From: a virus
DNA length: 64,000 nucleotides
Strand: one strand, 5' to 3'
IMG/VR virus record: IMGVR_UViG_3300039405_000004
The translations under genes and the position numbers were made by a program. Below the pieces are notes generated by a model. The model saw only the letters and a list, made by a program, of their open reading frames with translations, did not search any database and had not been told where the DNA came from. Shown one piece after another: positions 26,833-37,349 of the stretch. Each line of letters starts with the position of its first letter. The stretch's first letter is position 1.

Positions 26833-27129
26833 TCAGGTTCGTCGTGGCTTCAGCAGAGTGCGCAACGGATCGGGCGCATCACCGATCGGCAGCAACGGCT
26901 TGGCGAGCGCCAGTGCTTCGCTCGCGATGGCCTTCGGGTCGTCCGCGCCGGCTGCAATCTGGCTGAGCGCCGCGCCGTACTCCTCTAGGACCTGGGCGGC
27001 TTCGCCGGACACGGTTTCCTGGGCTGAGATTTTCTTCAGATCCTGCGCCAGATCCTCGGCGTCCTCGCGCAGTTCCTCAACCAACTCCGCGGCGGAGCGT
27101 CGGTCGGGATGGCGAGGGTGAGGCGGCAT
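26833..27129 (-). CDS. Hypothetical protein
   Basis: Acidic helical 98 aa ORF. Confidence 0.5.
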   Translation of the reverse strand: MPPHPRHPDRRSAAELVEELREDAEDLAQDLKKISAQETVSGEAAQVLEEYGAALSQIAAGADDPKAIASEALALAKPLLPIGDAPDPLRTLLKPRRT

Positions 27130-27167
27130 TCACCAGACGTAGCACCTGAACGCGAAGCACGGAAGCA

Positions 27168-27344
27168 TCAACCGCCACTGGCCTTATTGGCGTCGTGCAA
27201 GCGCCAGCGGTTCTCCGCGTTGGCCCGCATCATGTCGTTGATCTCGGCGATGTCCTCAATCTGGATGACGCCGGTCTTCAGATCCGCGTAGCTGTAGTAG
27301 CCGAACTCAATGGGTTGGAGATACCACTCCTCCCCGTCCGGCAT
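27168..27344 (-). CDS. Tail assembly chaperone T segment (probable -1 frameshift product)
   Basis: MPDGEEWYLQPIEFGYYSYADLKTG..IEDIAEINDMM; lies in the -1 frame of the upstream chaperone and is open upstream. Confidence 0.65.
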   Translation of the reverse strand: MPDGEEWYLQPIEFGYYSYADLKTGVIQIEDIAEINDMMRANAENRWRLHDANKASGG

Positions 27345-27349
27345 CTGGA

Positions 27350-27769
27350 CTAGTTCGGTATCTGGAACTGGCCCCCGCCGCTGAAAAGCAAGGGGGCTTC
27401 GAGAAAAAGCGGATAGTAGTTGTCGTACAGGACCTCGGTGCTGATCCGAAGAATGAGCAGACCGTTGTCGCGGATGTCGTTGAACATGAACGTCAGGCCG
27501 TCCGAGGCCTTGATCTTGGCCCAGCGCTGCCCGTCCTGTTTCATCTCGACGACGGCGAGCGTCTTGTCGAGGATGTAATTGAGCTTGTCGTCCTCAAGCC
27601 CGCTCAGCCCGTCGATCACGCTGGAGGCGACCTCGGGGGTTATCCCGCCCTTCAACCCCTTGAACAGGGGGGCGATGATCGGAGATGCCCGTCGCAGGAC
27701 GTGGATCTGCGTCAGGCCGACCATCTTGCCGGAGCGGTAGGTGACGCCCTTGATCTCAAACTCAGCCAC
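27350..27769 (-). CDS. Tail assembly chaperone G
   Basis: Position between tube and TMP. Confidence 0.75.
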   Translation of the reverse strand: MAEFEIKGVTYRSGKMVGLTQIHVLRRASPIIAPLFKGLKGGITPEVASSVIDGLSGLEDDKLNYILDKTLAVVEMKQDGQRWAKIKASDGLTFMFNDIRDNGLLILRISTEVLYDNYYPLFLEAPLLFSGGGQFQIPN

Positions 27770-27778
27770 GGGTCAGCC

Positions 27779-28237
27779 TCACAGTGCGAGCTGACCGTCG
27801 CCGAGCTTCGCGTCAATGTAGATGAAGTTCATCGGCCACTCCATCGTGCCGCCCTCCTTGGCGTTCACGTTGTCGGGCAGCTTCACGAAGGCGCCGGCTT
27901 GGCACTGATAGTCGTCACCCCACTGCGGGTTGGACAGGACCAGCACGTTCTGGCCGGTGTAGGCGCTGGACGTCTGCTGGTAGTTGTAGAGGTCCATCAG
28001 CACGCGGTTGAGCGGGCTGTTCTTCAGCAGCCGGATCGTGACCCGGCCGGACTTGGCCGCGTGTAGCGAGAACATCCCCGAGCCGTCAGCGCCCGTGACC
28101 ATGGATGTCTTGTCGTCGGCCATGGCGATGGTGATGCCCTCGTCGGCGAGACCGCCCTCCGACAGGATGACCGAGCCGCCGGGGCCGGTGAGCGAGCAGA
28201 CAATGTCGGCGAACGAGTACGCGAGGGGCGCAGCCAT
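27779..28237 (-). CDS. Tail tube protein (DUF3277-like)
   Basis: YSFADI..SLTGPGG...GADGSGMFSLHA.KSG. Confidence 0.8.
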   Translation of the reverse strand: MAAPLAYSFADIVCSLTGPGGSVILSEGGLADEGITIAMADDKTSMVTGADGSGMFSLHAAKSGRVTIRLLKNSPLNRVLMDLYNYQQTSSAYTGQNVLVLSNPQWGDDYQCQAGAFVKLPDNVNAKEGGTMEWPMNFIYIDAKLGDGQLAL

Positions 28238-28255
28238 AGCTTTCGGTCCTCAGGC

Positions 28256-29761
28256 TTAGCGGTCCAGGAGGACGCTGATGGAGATGAGGTGGACGGCGCC
28301 GGCCAGCTTGCAGCACACTTGGAACGGCACGGATTTGCGGGCGGCGCGATCAGCCTGCGACTGGGTCGAGACCGGCGGCGCGAAGATGTAGAAGCCGCTC
28401 GTCAGCACATCGAAGGTGCGCAGCGTGCCGACGTTCGGGCCGAGCCAGACGCCAGGAGCGATGAAGCCGTTGTTGACGGCCACCGTGCAGGCGTTGGCGA
28501 TCACCGTCTTGATGAGGTTCATGCCCGCGTCGGTCTGCGGGACCTTCGTGGCGGTGGTGTAGAGCAGGTTGTAACAGTCGGTCTGAATGCGGTTCTGCAG
28601 CCAGTCCGCGCCGATGCGCTCGTCGATGTAGTCCCCGTTCGCCATGACGGCGGGGAAAATGATGTTGGTGCCGTTCTGGACGGCCACGAACACGTTGGTG
28701 TTCTTCGCCTTGATCTGGCCGAACTGGCTCTCGGTCAGCACCTCGGCGGCAACGCCGGGCTCCTGCTTGTAGGCACCCGTGATGGTGGTGTTGCTGCCCT
28801 CGTAGTCGACCGTGGCGAAGCGCCCGAACAGGCTCTCGGCCGCGTAGGGGTCGTTGCGCGAGAACTGCGAGTAGGTGCGGCTGAAGTTGCCGGTCTTGAA
28901 CTGCGAGGCCAGATCCGCGCTGGTCGTGCTGTCGAGGACGTTGGCGTTCTGGAGCGTCGCGCCGTAGATGCGGCTCTGCGACGTGCTCAGGCCCTCAATC
29001 AGGGCGGCGACGGCGAGGTGGTCGGCGTCGGCCGGCGGGGTCGCGGTGGCGACCTGCAGCGAGTACCAAGCGCCCGACTGGTTCGCGAGCGTGGCAACCG
29101 CCGTCACGAGGCTTTCGGCCGCGATGCCGGGCACGGGCGCGGAGGCGTCAACGCTGGTCAGGTGCAGCAGCGGGCCGAGATCGGTGCCGCTCGGCGCCGT
29201 GGTCGCGTAGCTGACCGAGGAGGTCGGGCCAGTCGTGCCGGAGGCGATGTCGAAGCGGTTGTAGACGCCATCGTACTTGACCATGGCGCCAGACGCGACG
29301 GCAGCCAGAGCGGTCTGGATGATGGACGCGACGTTGTTGAGGTTCAGCGCACCCGACAGGTCGATGCCGGTCAGGTTGCGGGCCGTGCCATCGACGGTGA
29401 TGCTGAGCGCGCCGTTGGTGACGCTCGTGAAGTTGGACAGCAGGCGCTGGGCCGGCGACAGCGAGGCGCCACGCACATGACCGCGGGTGGGGTTCTGCGC
29501 CCAGCGTCCGATGTACAGGACGGACGGTTGCGGCGACTGGCTGAAATAGTCCTTCGCGGCCAGGTACTCCGGCGCGGTGGTGCCGAAGTCCTGGGTCACG
29601 CCGTCCAGCGAGGTGTAGAGCCGCAGCCGCTCGGCCGTGTCGATCACGCCGGAGGACGAGCCGAGGATGAGGCCGACGCCAAACGACCTATATTGTGCAG
29701 CCTGTGGCTCAATCGTGACTGAGACGTTGACGAAATCGGCGACATTCAATCCGGTAGCCAT
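28256..29761 (-). CDS. Tail sheath protein (DUF3383-like)
   Basis: YFSQSPQPS.LYIGRW...G.DWLQNRIQ...KVPQTDAG. Confidence 0.85.
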   Translation of the reverse strand: MATGLNVADFVNVSVTIEPQAAQYRSFGVGLILGSSSGVIDTAERLRLYTSLDGVTQDFGTTAPEYLAAKDYFSQSPQPSVLYIGRWAQNPTRGHVRGASLSPAQRLLSNFTSVTNGALSITVDGTARNLTGIDLSGALNLNNVASIIQTALAAVASGAMVKYDGVYNRFDIASGTTGPTSSVSYATTAPSGTDLGPLLHLTSVDASAPVPGIAAESLVTAVATLANQSGAWYSLQVATATPPADADHLAVAALIEGLSTSQSRIYGATLQNANVLDSTTSADLASQFKTGNFSRTYSQFSRNDPYAAESLFGRFATVDYEGSNTTITGAYKQEPGVAAEVLTESQFGQIKAKNTNVFVAVQNGTNIIFPAVMANGDYIDERIGADWLQNRIQTDCYNLLYTTATKVPQTDAGMNLIKTVIANACTVAVNNGFIAPGVWLGPNVGTLRTFDVLTSGFYIFAPPVSTQSQADRAARKSVPFQVCCKLAGAVHLISISVLLDR

Positions 29762-29787
29762 GCGCATGTCGCCGGATAACGGCGCCC

Positions 29788-30591
29788 CTATTCGAGTTGC
29801 TTGGTGGATGCTGCTTTGAGGCGACGCGTCGCCCACGTTTTGGCGGCGGACGCTGAACGTTGTTCGGGCGTTGTCTTGGCGAGCTTCGCGGCCACCGCAG
29901 CTCTGCCGATCTCGGATCGTTTCTCAGGAGTGAGCGCGGCCTGCATCGCGGCAGCGGCTGCCTTGATTTGCTCAAGCGTGCGCGCTCGGTTTGCGCGTCT
30001 AGCGCGGTCCGTTCGTTGCTCTGGGGTGAAGTTCTCGTGAGCCTTCTGGGCTCGCGCTCTCTTGAACTCGGCCGTTTGGCTGGCCGCGCACTCGCGCATC
30101 TTCGCGCGCATTCGTTCGATCACTTCGGGCGATCGGTTCGCCCACATGCGCTTAGCAGCTTCGCTGCGTGCCCCGGCCGGCATCGCAGCGTTTGCCCTTC
30201 TGGTTCGCTCGGCTCGTGCCGCGCTATCTGCGGCGGCGTCAAGCGCGCGCCGGGCGGCGTGTGCTGCTGCGGCCAACCTCCCCAAGCCGTCGGCACCATC
30301 GCCGCCCTCAGTCATGTTGTAGCCACCAGGGCTCAACGTGCCTTCGGTAGCAACCCACCAGACCTCGCGACTACGGGCATCGGCCTCAGTGCCGATCAGT
30401 TCCTCTATGACCTCAAATGAAAACGCTTCGACACCGTAGAGCCTCAGAGCACAATGAATTGCGTTCAGACCGCCACGCTTCGCTGTACCGAGATGGCGCC
30501 GCCATCGCTTCTCGGGACTGACCGTCCAACCGATGTAGGACCGTCCGCTTTCGATATGCCGAATGCGGTAGATGAACAGGCGCTTTTCCAT
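29788..30591 (-). CDS. GIY-YIG homing endonuclease
   Basis: IYRIRH...YIGWT...RW..H...GYNMTEGGDG plus basic repeats. Confidence 0.85.
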   Translation of the reverse strand: MEKRLFIYRIRHIESGRSYIGWTVSPEKRWRRHLGTAKRGGLNAIHCALRLYGVEAFSFEVIEELIGTEADARSREVWWVATEGTLSPGGYNMTEGGDGADGLGRLAAAAHAARRALDAAADSAARAERTRRANAAMPAGARSEAAKRMWANRSPEVIERMRAKMRECAASQTAEFKRARAQKAHENFTPEQRTDRARRANRARTLEQIKAAAAAMQAALTPEKRSEIGRAAVAAKLAKTTPEQRSASAAKTWATRRLKAASTKQLE

Positions 30592-30631
30592 GCGCCAATC
30601 ATATCATAACCGCTTGCTGCTCAATACTCGT

Positions 30632-31255
30632 TTAAGCCGGCGGGAGCGGCGACAGGAACGGGGTGTTCTGGAGCTTGCCGGCCGCGTCGGCGCGGATGGT
30701 GCCGTCAGCCTGGAGGACGTTCCGGATTTCGTACCGGCGCTCGATCGACTGGGTCAGCCGGAACGGCAGATCCGAGCGGCGCAGCGTCTGTGTGGCCTTG
30801 ATCTCCGGCACGCGCCGGATCGTGTCGAAGTCCACGAGGTTCAGGCCGAAGGACCGCATCGCCTCGCGGTTCTGGCCGATGTAGAAGCCGTCGCGGACCA
30901 GCTTGGCGTAGGCGTCGCCCTTGGGGCCGTAGAAGCTCGCCAGCACGGACAGGCGGTAGAAGGTCCGCAGGATCGTGTAGCCGTCACCCTCGCTGTGGTG
31001 GATCTGCGAGGGCGTGTCGTCGGCCATCGTGGCGGTGACGCCGACCGCGACCCAGGTCTCGGTGACGTCGGGAACGCGGGGCTGCGTCTCCTGCCAGCGG
31101 GGACGCACCATGTCGCCCGGCAGGCCCGTCACACCAGCGATCAGCGTGCCGATGATGGTGTCGAGGTCGAGGTCGTCAGCGGGAGGCGTAGAGGTAGGCC
31201 CCAGCGGGCCGCCCGTCGCGCTCGTGTTGGTGTTAGGAGCCGAGGAAGCCGCCAC
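30632..31255 (-). CDS. Tail completion / neck protein
   Basis: TGLPGDMVRPRWQ...SFYGP. Confidence 0.75.
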   Translation of the reverse strand: MAASSAPNTNTSATGGPLGPTSTPPADDLDLDTIIGTLIAGVTGLPGDMVRPRWQETQPRVPDVTETWVAVGVTATMADDTPSQIHHSEGDGYTILRTFYRLSVLASFYGPKGDAYAKLVRDGFYIGQNREAMRSFGLNLVDFDTIRRVPEIKATQTLRRSDLPFRLTQSIERRYEIRNVLQADGTIRADAAGKLQNTPFLSPLPPA

Positions 31256-31643
31256 TGGATCGCTGCCCCGTCAGGCTCGGATTGATCGTCGCCAGCTTGC
31301 AGACGGCCTGCGTGAAGCCGTCGCCGAAGGGCCAGAGCTGCGCGTTGGTGATCGTGTAGGGCAGGTCGCCGAAGATGACGCCGTCGGCGGCGATCTCGCG
31401 CTTGCCGGTGTCGAGTGGGTAGCGGGTGACGATCATCAGATCGCCCTCCACCCAATCGCCTTCGCCCGTCTGCACGAGGCCGAGACCGTTGCCGGGCCAG
31501 ATCACGCCCGTGAAGGCGACCCCTGCCCGCTTAGCTTCGGCGATGCCGACCTCGTTCACCGTGACGATGGCTTGGATCAAAACCGCGTCGGACCAGAAGT
31601 CCGGATCGTCGATGACGTCGGAGACGTTCTGGAGGGCCATCAC
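31233..31643 (-). CDS. Head-tail adaptor
   Basis: DVSDVIDDPDF; position. Confidence 0.7.
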   Translation of the reverse strand: MMALQNVSDVIDDPDFWSDAVLIQAIVTVNEVGIAEAKRAGVAFTGVIWPGNGLGLVQTGEGDWVEGDLMIVTRYPLDTGKREIAADGVIFGDLPYTITNAQLWPFGDGFTQAVCKLATINPSLTGQRSSGGFLGS

Positions 31644-32128
31644 TTCACCACGTGGGTGATCGCCCGGCGATACTGGCCGGTGTCGATGAGGGGCTTGGTG
31701 CCCGTGCGACCCCTCGCCTTGCGAGCCTTCAGCGTGCGCTCCGACAGTGGCGCGAAGGTGCCGTCCGTGATCTGCGCCTTGACCGCGTTCTCGCCGAGGA
31801 TGCCGACCGCCGTGAGACCCTTCTGGATCGCCGACAGGTCGCCTTGCAGCGCAGCTTTGCCCAGCGCCTCCAGTCGGGGCGTGATCTGCGGCATGGCCGC
31901 CTCGATGCCCGGGATGAGATGCGGACGAGCCGGCAGGTTCCGCTCAGGAGCGCCGTTCTCCATCAGGTAGCCGATGACGGCGTTGCTCGGGGGCTGGTCC
32001 TCCAGCGCGCCGTCAGGCTGGCGAGGCGAGGCGTCCGCGGGAATGCCGACGTAGGCCTTGAGCTTGGTCAGAGCGTTCGCCGCGGCGAAGACCTGGTTCG
32101 TGCGGTCGACGGTCTTGGTGACGGGCAT
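31640..32128 (-). CDS. Neck protein (HK97 gp10-like)
   Basis: ENGAPERNLPARP...KPLIDTGQYRRAIT. Confidence 0.8.
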   Translation of the reverse strand: MPVTKTVDRTNQVFAAANALTKLKAYVGIPADASPRQPDGALEDQPPSNAVIGYLMENGAPERNLPARPHLIPGIEAAMPQITPRLEALGKAALQGDLSAIQKGLTAVGILGENAVKAQITDGTFAPLSERTLKARKARGRTGTKPLIDTGQYRRAITHVVK

Positions 32129-32559
32129 TAACGGCCGTAGGGGTAGTTCGCCATGGCAGCGAGGCTCGCGGCACGAGCGCTCGGCCGATAGAAGCCGCCA
32201 GTCACGAGACCGCGCAGAAGGGCCCACAGCCGCTGTCCGTAGGCCGTGCCGTTGTAGATGCCCGCGCCCGACGATGTGACGGACGAGGTGTCCATGGATT
32301 TGGAGATCGGGCCGACCGACCGGGACGAGACCGGCGCGAACGAGCCCGCACCGCCACTACCCGACGCCGACAGAATGCCGAGCGTCAGGTTGTGGGCGAT
32401 GTAGAGCATCGTTGCGAGGTCGATCTGACCCGGCGGGATGCTCTGCGGCAGCGTCACGCCCGCCTGATCCAGCCAGAACTGGACGGCCGGATCGGGATAC
32501 TTCGTGACATCCCCGAACTCGGGGAAGATGGCACGGAAGCTGGCGAGCGTGACGGCCAT
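32128..32559 (-). CDS. Head-tail connector (DUF4054-like)
   Basis: FRAIFPEF...AHNLTL...TAYGQR. Confidence 0.8.
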   Translation of the reverse strand: MAVTLASFRAIFPEFGDVTKYPDPAVQFWLDQAGVTLPQSIPPGQIDLATMLYIAHNLTLGILSASGSGGAGSFAPVSSRSVGPISKSMDTSSVTSSGAGIYNGTAYGQRLWALLRGLVTGGFYRPSARAASLAAMANYPYGR

Positions 32560-32565
32560 TGGGGC

Positions 32566-33057
32566 TTAGCCGACAGCCTTGGTACGGCGGCTGGTGTTGG
32601 TCGGCTCAGGCTCGCCGGGCTGGCTGGCGTGCCGGGGCTCGCCCGGATCGTCGCCCGGGGGCGTGGCGTTCTCGGGCGTCATCTGCTCGCCCGTCAGGCC
32701 GCCCGCAGGAGCCTCGGCGGTCGAACCGGCCTTGGCGTCCTTCTTGGCGCCCGGCTCCTTCAGAGCGGACTCAAGGGCCGGCTCCCAACCGAACGTCTCC
32801 TCGGGCGCCTGGTAGTCGTCGCCGACCTCCTCCAGAATGCCGTTGGTCAGGAACACGTGGTTCGGGTTGCCCTTCTTCCACGCGCCATAGGCGTCGGCGT
32901 CCACCTCGGACACCGCACCGTTGCCGGCGAGCGAGACCGAACGCAGCGGAGGCGCGTCGCCGGGCTTCTCGGGGTTCGGCATCGGCTCGGTCAGGGTAAG
33001 CGCCGTGTGCGAACGGTTCAGGACGCGAATGGTCTGCGGCTTCTTCGCCATGGTCAC
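32566..33057 (-). CDS. Head-associated hypothetical protein
   Basis: Position; paralogue-like to the next ORF. Confidence 0.65.
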   Translation of the reverse strand: MTMAKKPQTIRVLNRSHTALTLTEPMPNPEKPGDAPPLRSVSLAGNGAVSEVDADAYGAWKKGNPNHVFLTNGILEEVGDDYQAPEETFGWEPALESALKEPGAKKDAKAGSTAEAPAGGLTGEQMTPENATPPGDDPGEPRHASQPGEPEPTNTSRRTKAVG

Positions 33058-33503
33058 CCTCCCTGCTTCTCGGCGGTCTTGATCTTGCCGGCGAACTCGG
33101 CCGGCGGCTGGCTTGGGTTGTACGGCTCAAAGCCGCTCGGGCCGTGCTTGCCGGAGCGAGCCTCGCCCTTGGCGGTGTCCTCACGCTCGTGCGCGAAGAC
33201 CTGGCCCTTCACCAGCGGCTCCCAGTCCTTCATCTGGACGCGCCACTTGTCCCAGAGGTCCTTGTCGACCCCGAAGGTCAGCGCGTAGCCGCCAGCGGTC
33301 GGGATGACGTCGCCAGCCTCAACGCGGCGGGTGTCCCGGTTGCGGGCGGGGCCGTCGATGATGACGACCGGCCCGACGTACCGGCTGATCTCCTCCTTGC
33401 GGGTGGGATCCTCGCGGGTCGGGGACGGAGTCGCCACCTTCTCCTGGAGCTGCATCTGGAAGCCGTGCGGCAGCGCGCACGCGACGGTCACAGTGCCGGG
33501 CAT
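33054..33503 (-). CDS. Head-associated hypothetical protein
   Basis: VTVACALPHG...GYALTFGVDKD.W. Confidence 0.7.
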   Translation of the reverse strand: MPGTVTVACALPHGFQMQLQEKVATPSPTREDPTRKEEISRYVGPVVIIDGPARNRDTRRVEAGDVIPTAGGYALTFGVDKDLWDKWRVQMKDWEPLVKGQVFAHEREDTAKGEARSGKHGPSGFEPYNPSQPPAEFAGKIKTAEKQGG

Positions 33504-33504
33504 C

Positions 33505-34548
33505 TTAGACCCCCAGCATCTGCGACATGGCGATCGGCGCCTTCACGACCGCGCCGAAGGTGCCCGAGGTCTTCTTCTGCGCGTAGGACGACAGAAGGCG
33601 AACGATCGGGTGATCAACCAGCTTCGCGTTGAAGGCGCAGGTCGCGACCTGGGTGCCGTTGAAGCGATCCGCCCAGAGCTGGACGACGTTGCCTGAGGCC
33701 GTGGCATGCCGCGGATCGGAGACGACCTTCAGGCTCGGGAAGTTCTTCTGCAGCAGGTCCATGACGCTGATGCCGAACTGGTTGGTCGCCATCAGGGCTA
33801 CGTCGCTCTGGGGCGGCATGACCAGCGTCATCGTGTCGGTCTTTTGGATGACGCCCGCCGTGCGGCCGACAAGGTCCAGCACCATCGCCTGGAGATCATT
33901 GAAGATCTCGTTGGCGGTGGCGACCACGACGCCGTTGTTGACCCACTTGGTGCCGCCCGCGGCCTTGGTGGACGGGGTGAGAGCGGCCGGCAGGTTCGGT
34001 TCGTTCAGCATGCCGTAGCAGGCCATGCCGGCGACGCCGTAGTGGTAGGTGTAGTCCTGGAACTTCGCCAGCGTGGCGGCGGCCGAGGTCTGCACCTCAC
34101 CGACCCAGTTCAGGCGAGCGAGGCCGGCACGGTCGACCTGCAGATCGCCGTACTGCACGACGGTCTGGAACAGGTACGAGGAACGGTTCACCCAATCGAA
34201 ATTGGCGTCCGAGCGGCCGTTGTTGTTCCAGTCGCCGTAGGGGGCGACCTCGCCGGTGTTCTCCACGACCATGAAGGTCGCGGTCTCGGTCGTCCAGTCG
34301 CCGGTCTTGGTCTCGCCCAGGATCTCCGCGCCCTTGTTGGGAGTCTGGACGATGCGGACGACCTCGGGGTCGATGTAGGCGGCGAGCCAGCCGGGGATGC
34401 CGGAACTAGCGGTCGTCACCAGCGTCGGCTGGGCGTCGAGCGCGAGGTTGAAGTTCCGCCGGTACTCGGCCGGCATGAACTCCGCGTCCTGCGCGAGATG
34501 GATGCCCCAGTCTGCTTCGAGAGTGGGGCGAACGGATGCGAGCTTCAT
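33505..34548 (-). CDS. Major capsid protein (DUF2184-like)
   Basis: About 347 aa after the decoration gene; YGMLNEPNLP. Confidence 0.85.
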   Translation of the reverse strand: MKLASVRPTLEADWGIHLAQDAEFMPAEYRRNFNLALDAQPTLVTTASSGIPGWLAAYIDPEVVRIVQTPNKGAEILGETKTGDWTTETATFMVVENTGEVAPYGDWNNNGRSDANFDWVNRSSYLFQTVVQYGDLQVDRAGLARLNWVGEVQTSAAATLAKFQDYTYHYGVAGMACYGMLNEPNLPAALTPSTKAAGGTKWVNNGVVVATANEIFNDLQAMVLDLVGRTAGVIQKTDTMTLVMPPQSDVALMATNQFGISVMDLLQKNFPSLKVVSDPRHATASGNVVQLWADRFNGTQVATCAFNAKLVDHPIVRLLSSYAQKKTSGTFGAVVKAPIAMSQMLGV

Positions 34549-34562
34549 TCTATTCGCCCCCT

Positions 34563-35081
34563 TTAGCCGATGGGAAGGTGAGAGATCTTGACGAGTTCGC
34601 CGGCCGCGCCGGAACCGCCGTCCGTCCAGCCGACGCAGTACCACTTGGTCTCGACGGAGCCGGACACGGTGGCGCCCGCAGCCGCGAACGACACGGATCC
34701 GTTCGTGGTGTTGGCGAACGCCTTCATGCCGATGGACGCGACGCCGGCACCCGCGTTCTTCGCGAAGTAGCAGCCGCCGGTCATGAGCGAGCCGACGCGC
34801 TGGCCCGCCGGGATGGTCATCCCGAACTCGGCCGGGAACACGTTGATGCTGGCCTGCAGCTCACGATGCACGAAGCCGGACGGGGCACCCGTGCCGGTCG
34901 ACGCCACCTTGTTCTGAGCCGCGTTCACCCAGGCGAAGCAGCCGATGGTCACGCCACCCGTGTCAGCGACGAGAATGCCGCCGGAGGTGACGAAGCTGAA
35001 CGACGGATCCGCGCTGGCGAAGTCGCCGGGGACGCCAGGCGCCTGGACGACGTTGACGGAGGTCTGAAAAGTCGTGGGCAT
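34563..35081 (-). CDS. Capsid decoration/cement protein
   Basis: FQTSVN...GVPGDFASA.P...GFVHRE.QA. Confidence 0.75.
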   Translation of the reverse strand: MPTTFQTSVNVVQAPGVPGDFASADPSFSFVTSGGILVADTGGVTIGCFAWVNAAQNKVASTGTGAPSGFVHRELQASINVFPAEFGMTIPAGQRVGSLMTGGCYFAKNAGAGVASIGMKAFANTTNGSVSFAAAGATVSGSVETKWYCVGWTDGGSGAAGELVKISHLPIG

Positions 35082-35095
35082 GTTTCAAGCCTCCC

Positions 35096-36508
35096 TTAAG
35101 CGCCGAGGCGGTTCATGTGCGGGAACAGCTTCTGCGCCTCAGCGAGGGCAGCGGAGTCCTGCGTGACGGTACGGGCCGAGCGAGCGGGCTGCTCGCCGGG
35201 CTTGGCCGAGCGCTCGATCAGCACCGGCAGAGCCGAAGCGTGAACGCCGGTATGCTTGATGCCGAGGACATCGCAGGCGGCGCGGTGAATGGCCTCCTCG
35301 CTGTCCATGGCCGGCAGGTCGCCGACCCACGGGCGCACGAAGCGGCGGGCGTCCTCGATCTCGCGGAAGGTGCGGGCCTGCTCAGCGAGGGCTGCGTCCA
35401 TGGCGGTCTTGCTGACCATGCCGGCGGTCGCCTTGCGGATGCGAGCCTCGATGAGGGCAGCGTCCATGGCCTTGTCCTTCTTCTCGTCGTCCTTCTCGTC
35501 CTGGGCCTGCTCACCACCGCCCATGGCTTGGCACCCAGCGATGACCTTTTCACGGTCCTCGGGGCTGAGTTTCCGGCACATCTCAATGCAGGCTTCAGCC
35601 GCATCAGCGTCGTCGGTGACTTCGCCACCCTCGGCGCCCTCAACGGCCTCCTTGACCTCGGCCTCGGTTTCCGGCGGCAGGATCTCGGCCAGCGCCTCGA
35701 TCACCTCGGCCACGTCCTCAATGTCGGCGTCCTGGGCAAGCTTGCCCTTGACGGCGCGGTGGAAGCCGAGAACGACGGCGGGGATCTGAGACTTGAAATT
35801 CTTGCGGGTGACGCCAGCCGCGACCGGGCCAAGGTCAATGCGCGCGTCCTGTGCGATGCCCTTGCTCCGAGCGTACACAGCAAGAGCGCCCTGCAGAACA
35901 GCAGACGCGCCCGCAGTAGCGGTCTTTGCCATGATGATTTGTCCTATAAGTGCGGAGTCGCCGACGACGACGTCCGGGCCGGCGCGGCCTTTCTTCACGA
36001 GCGCAACGTGATTAGCGAAGATGTTCCGCATCACGCCATCGTACCGAACACCTGCGAAGGTGCCGGGCGTCATGTCGGGCTCGTAACGGTACGCGCTCGA
36101 CAATTCTTTCTGCGATCCGTCCTCAACCATGCGAATGGCAGGACCAGACCAGCAGGCGAGGTCGGCGTACAGGTACGGCGCCTCGAAAACGGGGTTGGAC
36201 ACCACACCGACCGTGCGGGTGTGGTCGTGCTCGTCTGCGCTGACCGGGTTGTGGTCGAACAGCAGCGGCTTGTTGTTGAAGCTGTCGGCGGCCTTCGCCA
36301 GCTCATCCGGATCGCGCAACAGCGCGTAGCGGCGATCGGCGTCGAGGCCGAGGTCTTCCCAGCCCGGGATTTCCCGACCCAGGTACTCGTTCACGCACGC
36401 CTTGCTGATGGGCGTGCGCTTGACGTGAAGGTGGCCGTCGCCGTCGAACACACGCGCGGAGGCGCGGTCGAGGGCCAGACGGTCCTGCTTCTTGACGGTG
36501 AATTGCAT
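35096..36508 (-). CDS. Prohead protease/scaffold (DUF2213-like)
   Basis: [17 protein letters not shown]...ELSSAYRY...NHVALV..GRAG. Confidence 0.85.
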   Translation of the reverse strand: MQFTVKKQDRLALDRASARVFDGDGHLHVKRTPISKACVNEYLGREIPGWEDLGLDADRRYALLRDPDELAKAADSFNNKPLLFDHNPVSADEHDHTRTVGVVSNPVFEAPYLYADLACWSGPAIRMVEDGSQKELSSAYRYEPDMTPGTFAGVRYDGVMRNIFANHVALVKKGRAGPDVVVGDSALIGQIIMAKTATAGASAVLQGALAVYARSKGIAQDARIDLGPVAAGVTRKNFKSQIPAVVLGFHRAVKGKLAQDADIEDVAEVIEALAEILPPETEAEVKEAVEGAEGGEVTDDADAAEACIEMCRKLSPEDREKVIAGCQAMGGGEQAQDEKDDEKKDKAMDAALIEARIRKATAGMVSKTAMDAALAEQARTFREIEDARRFVRPWVGDLPAMDSEEAIHRAACDVLGIKHTGVHASALPVLIERSAKPGEQPARSARTVTQDSAALAEAQKLFPHMNRLGA

Positions 36509-36515
36509 GTGCGCC

Positions 36516-37349
36516 TCAGTCAGGCAGCACGGGCTCACAGAAGCATCGGCAATTCGGGAGCGCGCCCGCGTGCCCCGTCAGCCCGTCTAGGGTGGGTGGC
36601 GCATCCCAGCGCACGAACTTGCCGGCCATGGCCTTGTGCGAGGCGCGGACGTCGGTGTCTGCGGCGGTTCGCCAGTTGTAGCCTTCGCTCCCGACGTGCT
36701 CGGCTCTCGCCTGCGTCAGAAGCGTCGAGGTCCGGCCAACCTCGGTCCGGGCGATCAAATCTGCCCGCGATTTCGTGACCTCGCCGGTCTTCATGATCTC
36801 GGCCGAGATCTGATCGGCGCGCCAGCCCTTGGTGATGCCCTCGCGCGTCATCGCGTGGACGCGTTCGGCGGCTTCTCGCGGCAGGCTGGTGATGAGCCGA
36901 ACCTGCTCATCCTGCCGCGCCCGCATCACCTGCCCGATGGGTGCCTCGGCGATCTCCTTGCGGAGCGCTGAGCCCATCTGCTCGGCGACGCGGAACCATG
37001 AGCGCTCGTCGCGGGCGGCGACCTCGGCCACCATGCGATTGCCGACCGCCTCGGCCCAGGGCTTCAGCGTCTCGGCGTAACGCTCCAACGCTCGGCCGAT
37101 CGTGCCGGTGAGCGTCAGGTTTTCGAGGTCGAAGCCTCGAACGAGGTCTCCCACATGGCGAGCGACGGACCGAAGCCGGCGCCCATACTCTCGCTCGATC
37201 TTCTTCGCCCGGATGAACGCTGAGCGGAGCGACTGCCCTGCCCTGTCCTGGGCGATGACCGGGACGCTACTCCGCGGCCTGAGGCAGTTCGGGCAGCAGA
37301 TCGTCGGAGCGATCCGGTAGCGGCTCGGCGCCGTCTGGCTGGTCTGCAT
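36516..37349 (-). CDS. Head morphogenesis protein (SPP1 gp7 / Mu gpF-like)
   Basis: [11 protein letters not shown]...WRTAAD.DVR.SH...PNCRC; start uncertain. Confidence 0.85.
   Translation of the reverse strand: MQTSQTAPSRYRIAPTICCPNCLRPRSSVPVIAQDRAGQSLRSAFIRAKKIEREYGRRLRSVARHVGDLVRGFDLENLTLTGTIGRALERYAETLKPWAEAVGNRMVAEVAARDERSWFRVAEQMGSALRKEIAEAPIGQVMRARQDEQVRLITSLPREAAERVHAMTREGITKGWRADQISAEIMKTGEVTKSRADLIARTEVGRTSTLLTQARAEHVGSEGYNWRTAADTDVRASHKAMAGKFVRWDAPPTLDGLTGHAGALPNCRCFCEPVLPD

Noticed and set aside
29788-30631. Group I intron around the GIY-YIG gene
   Set aside because: Both flanking genes have their own complete start and stop, and no intron core was recognised; the gene is free-standing
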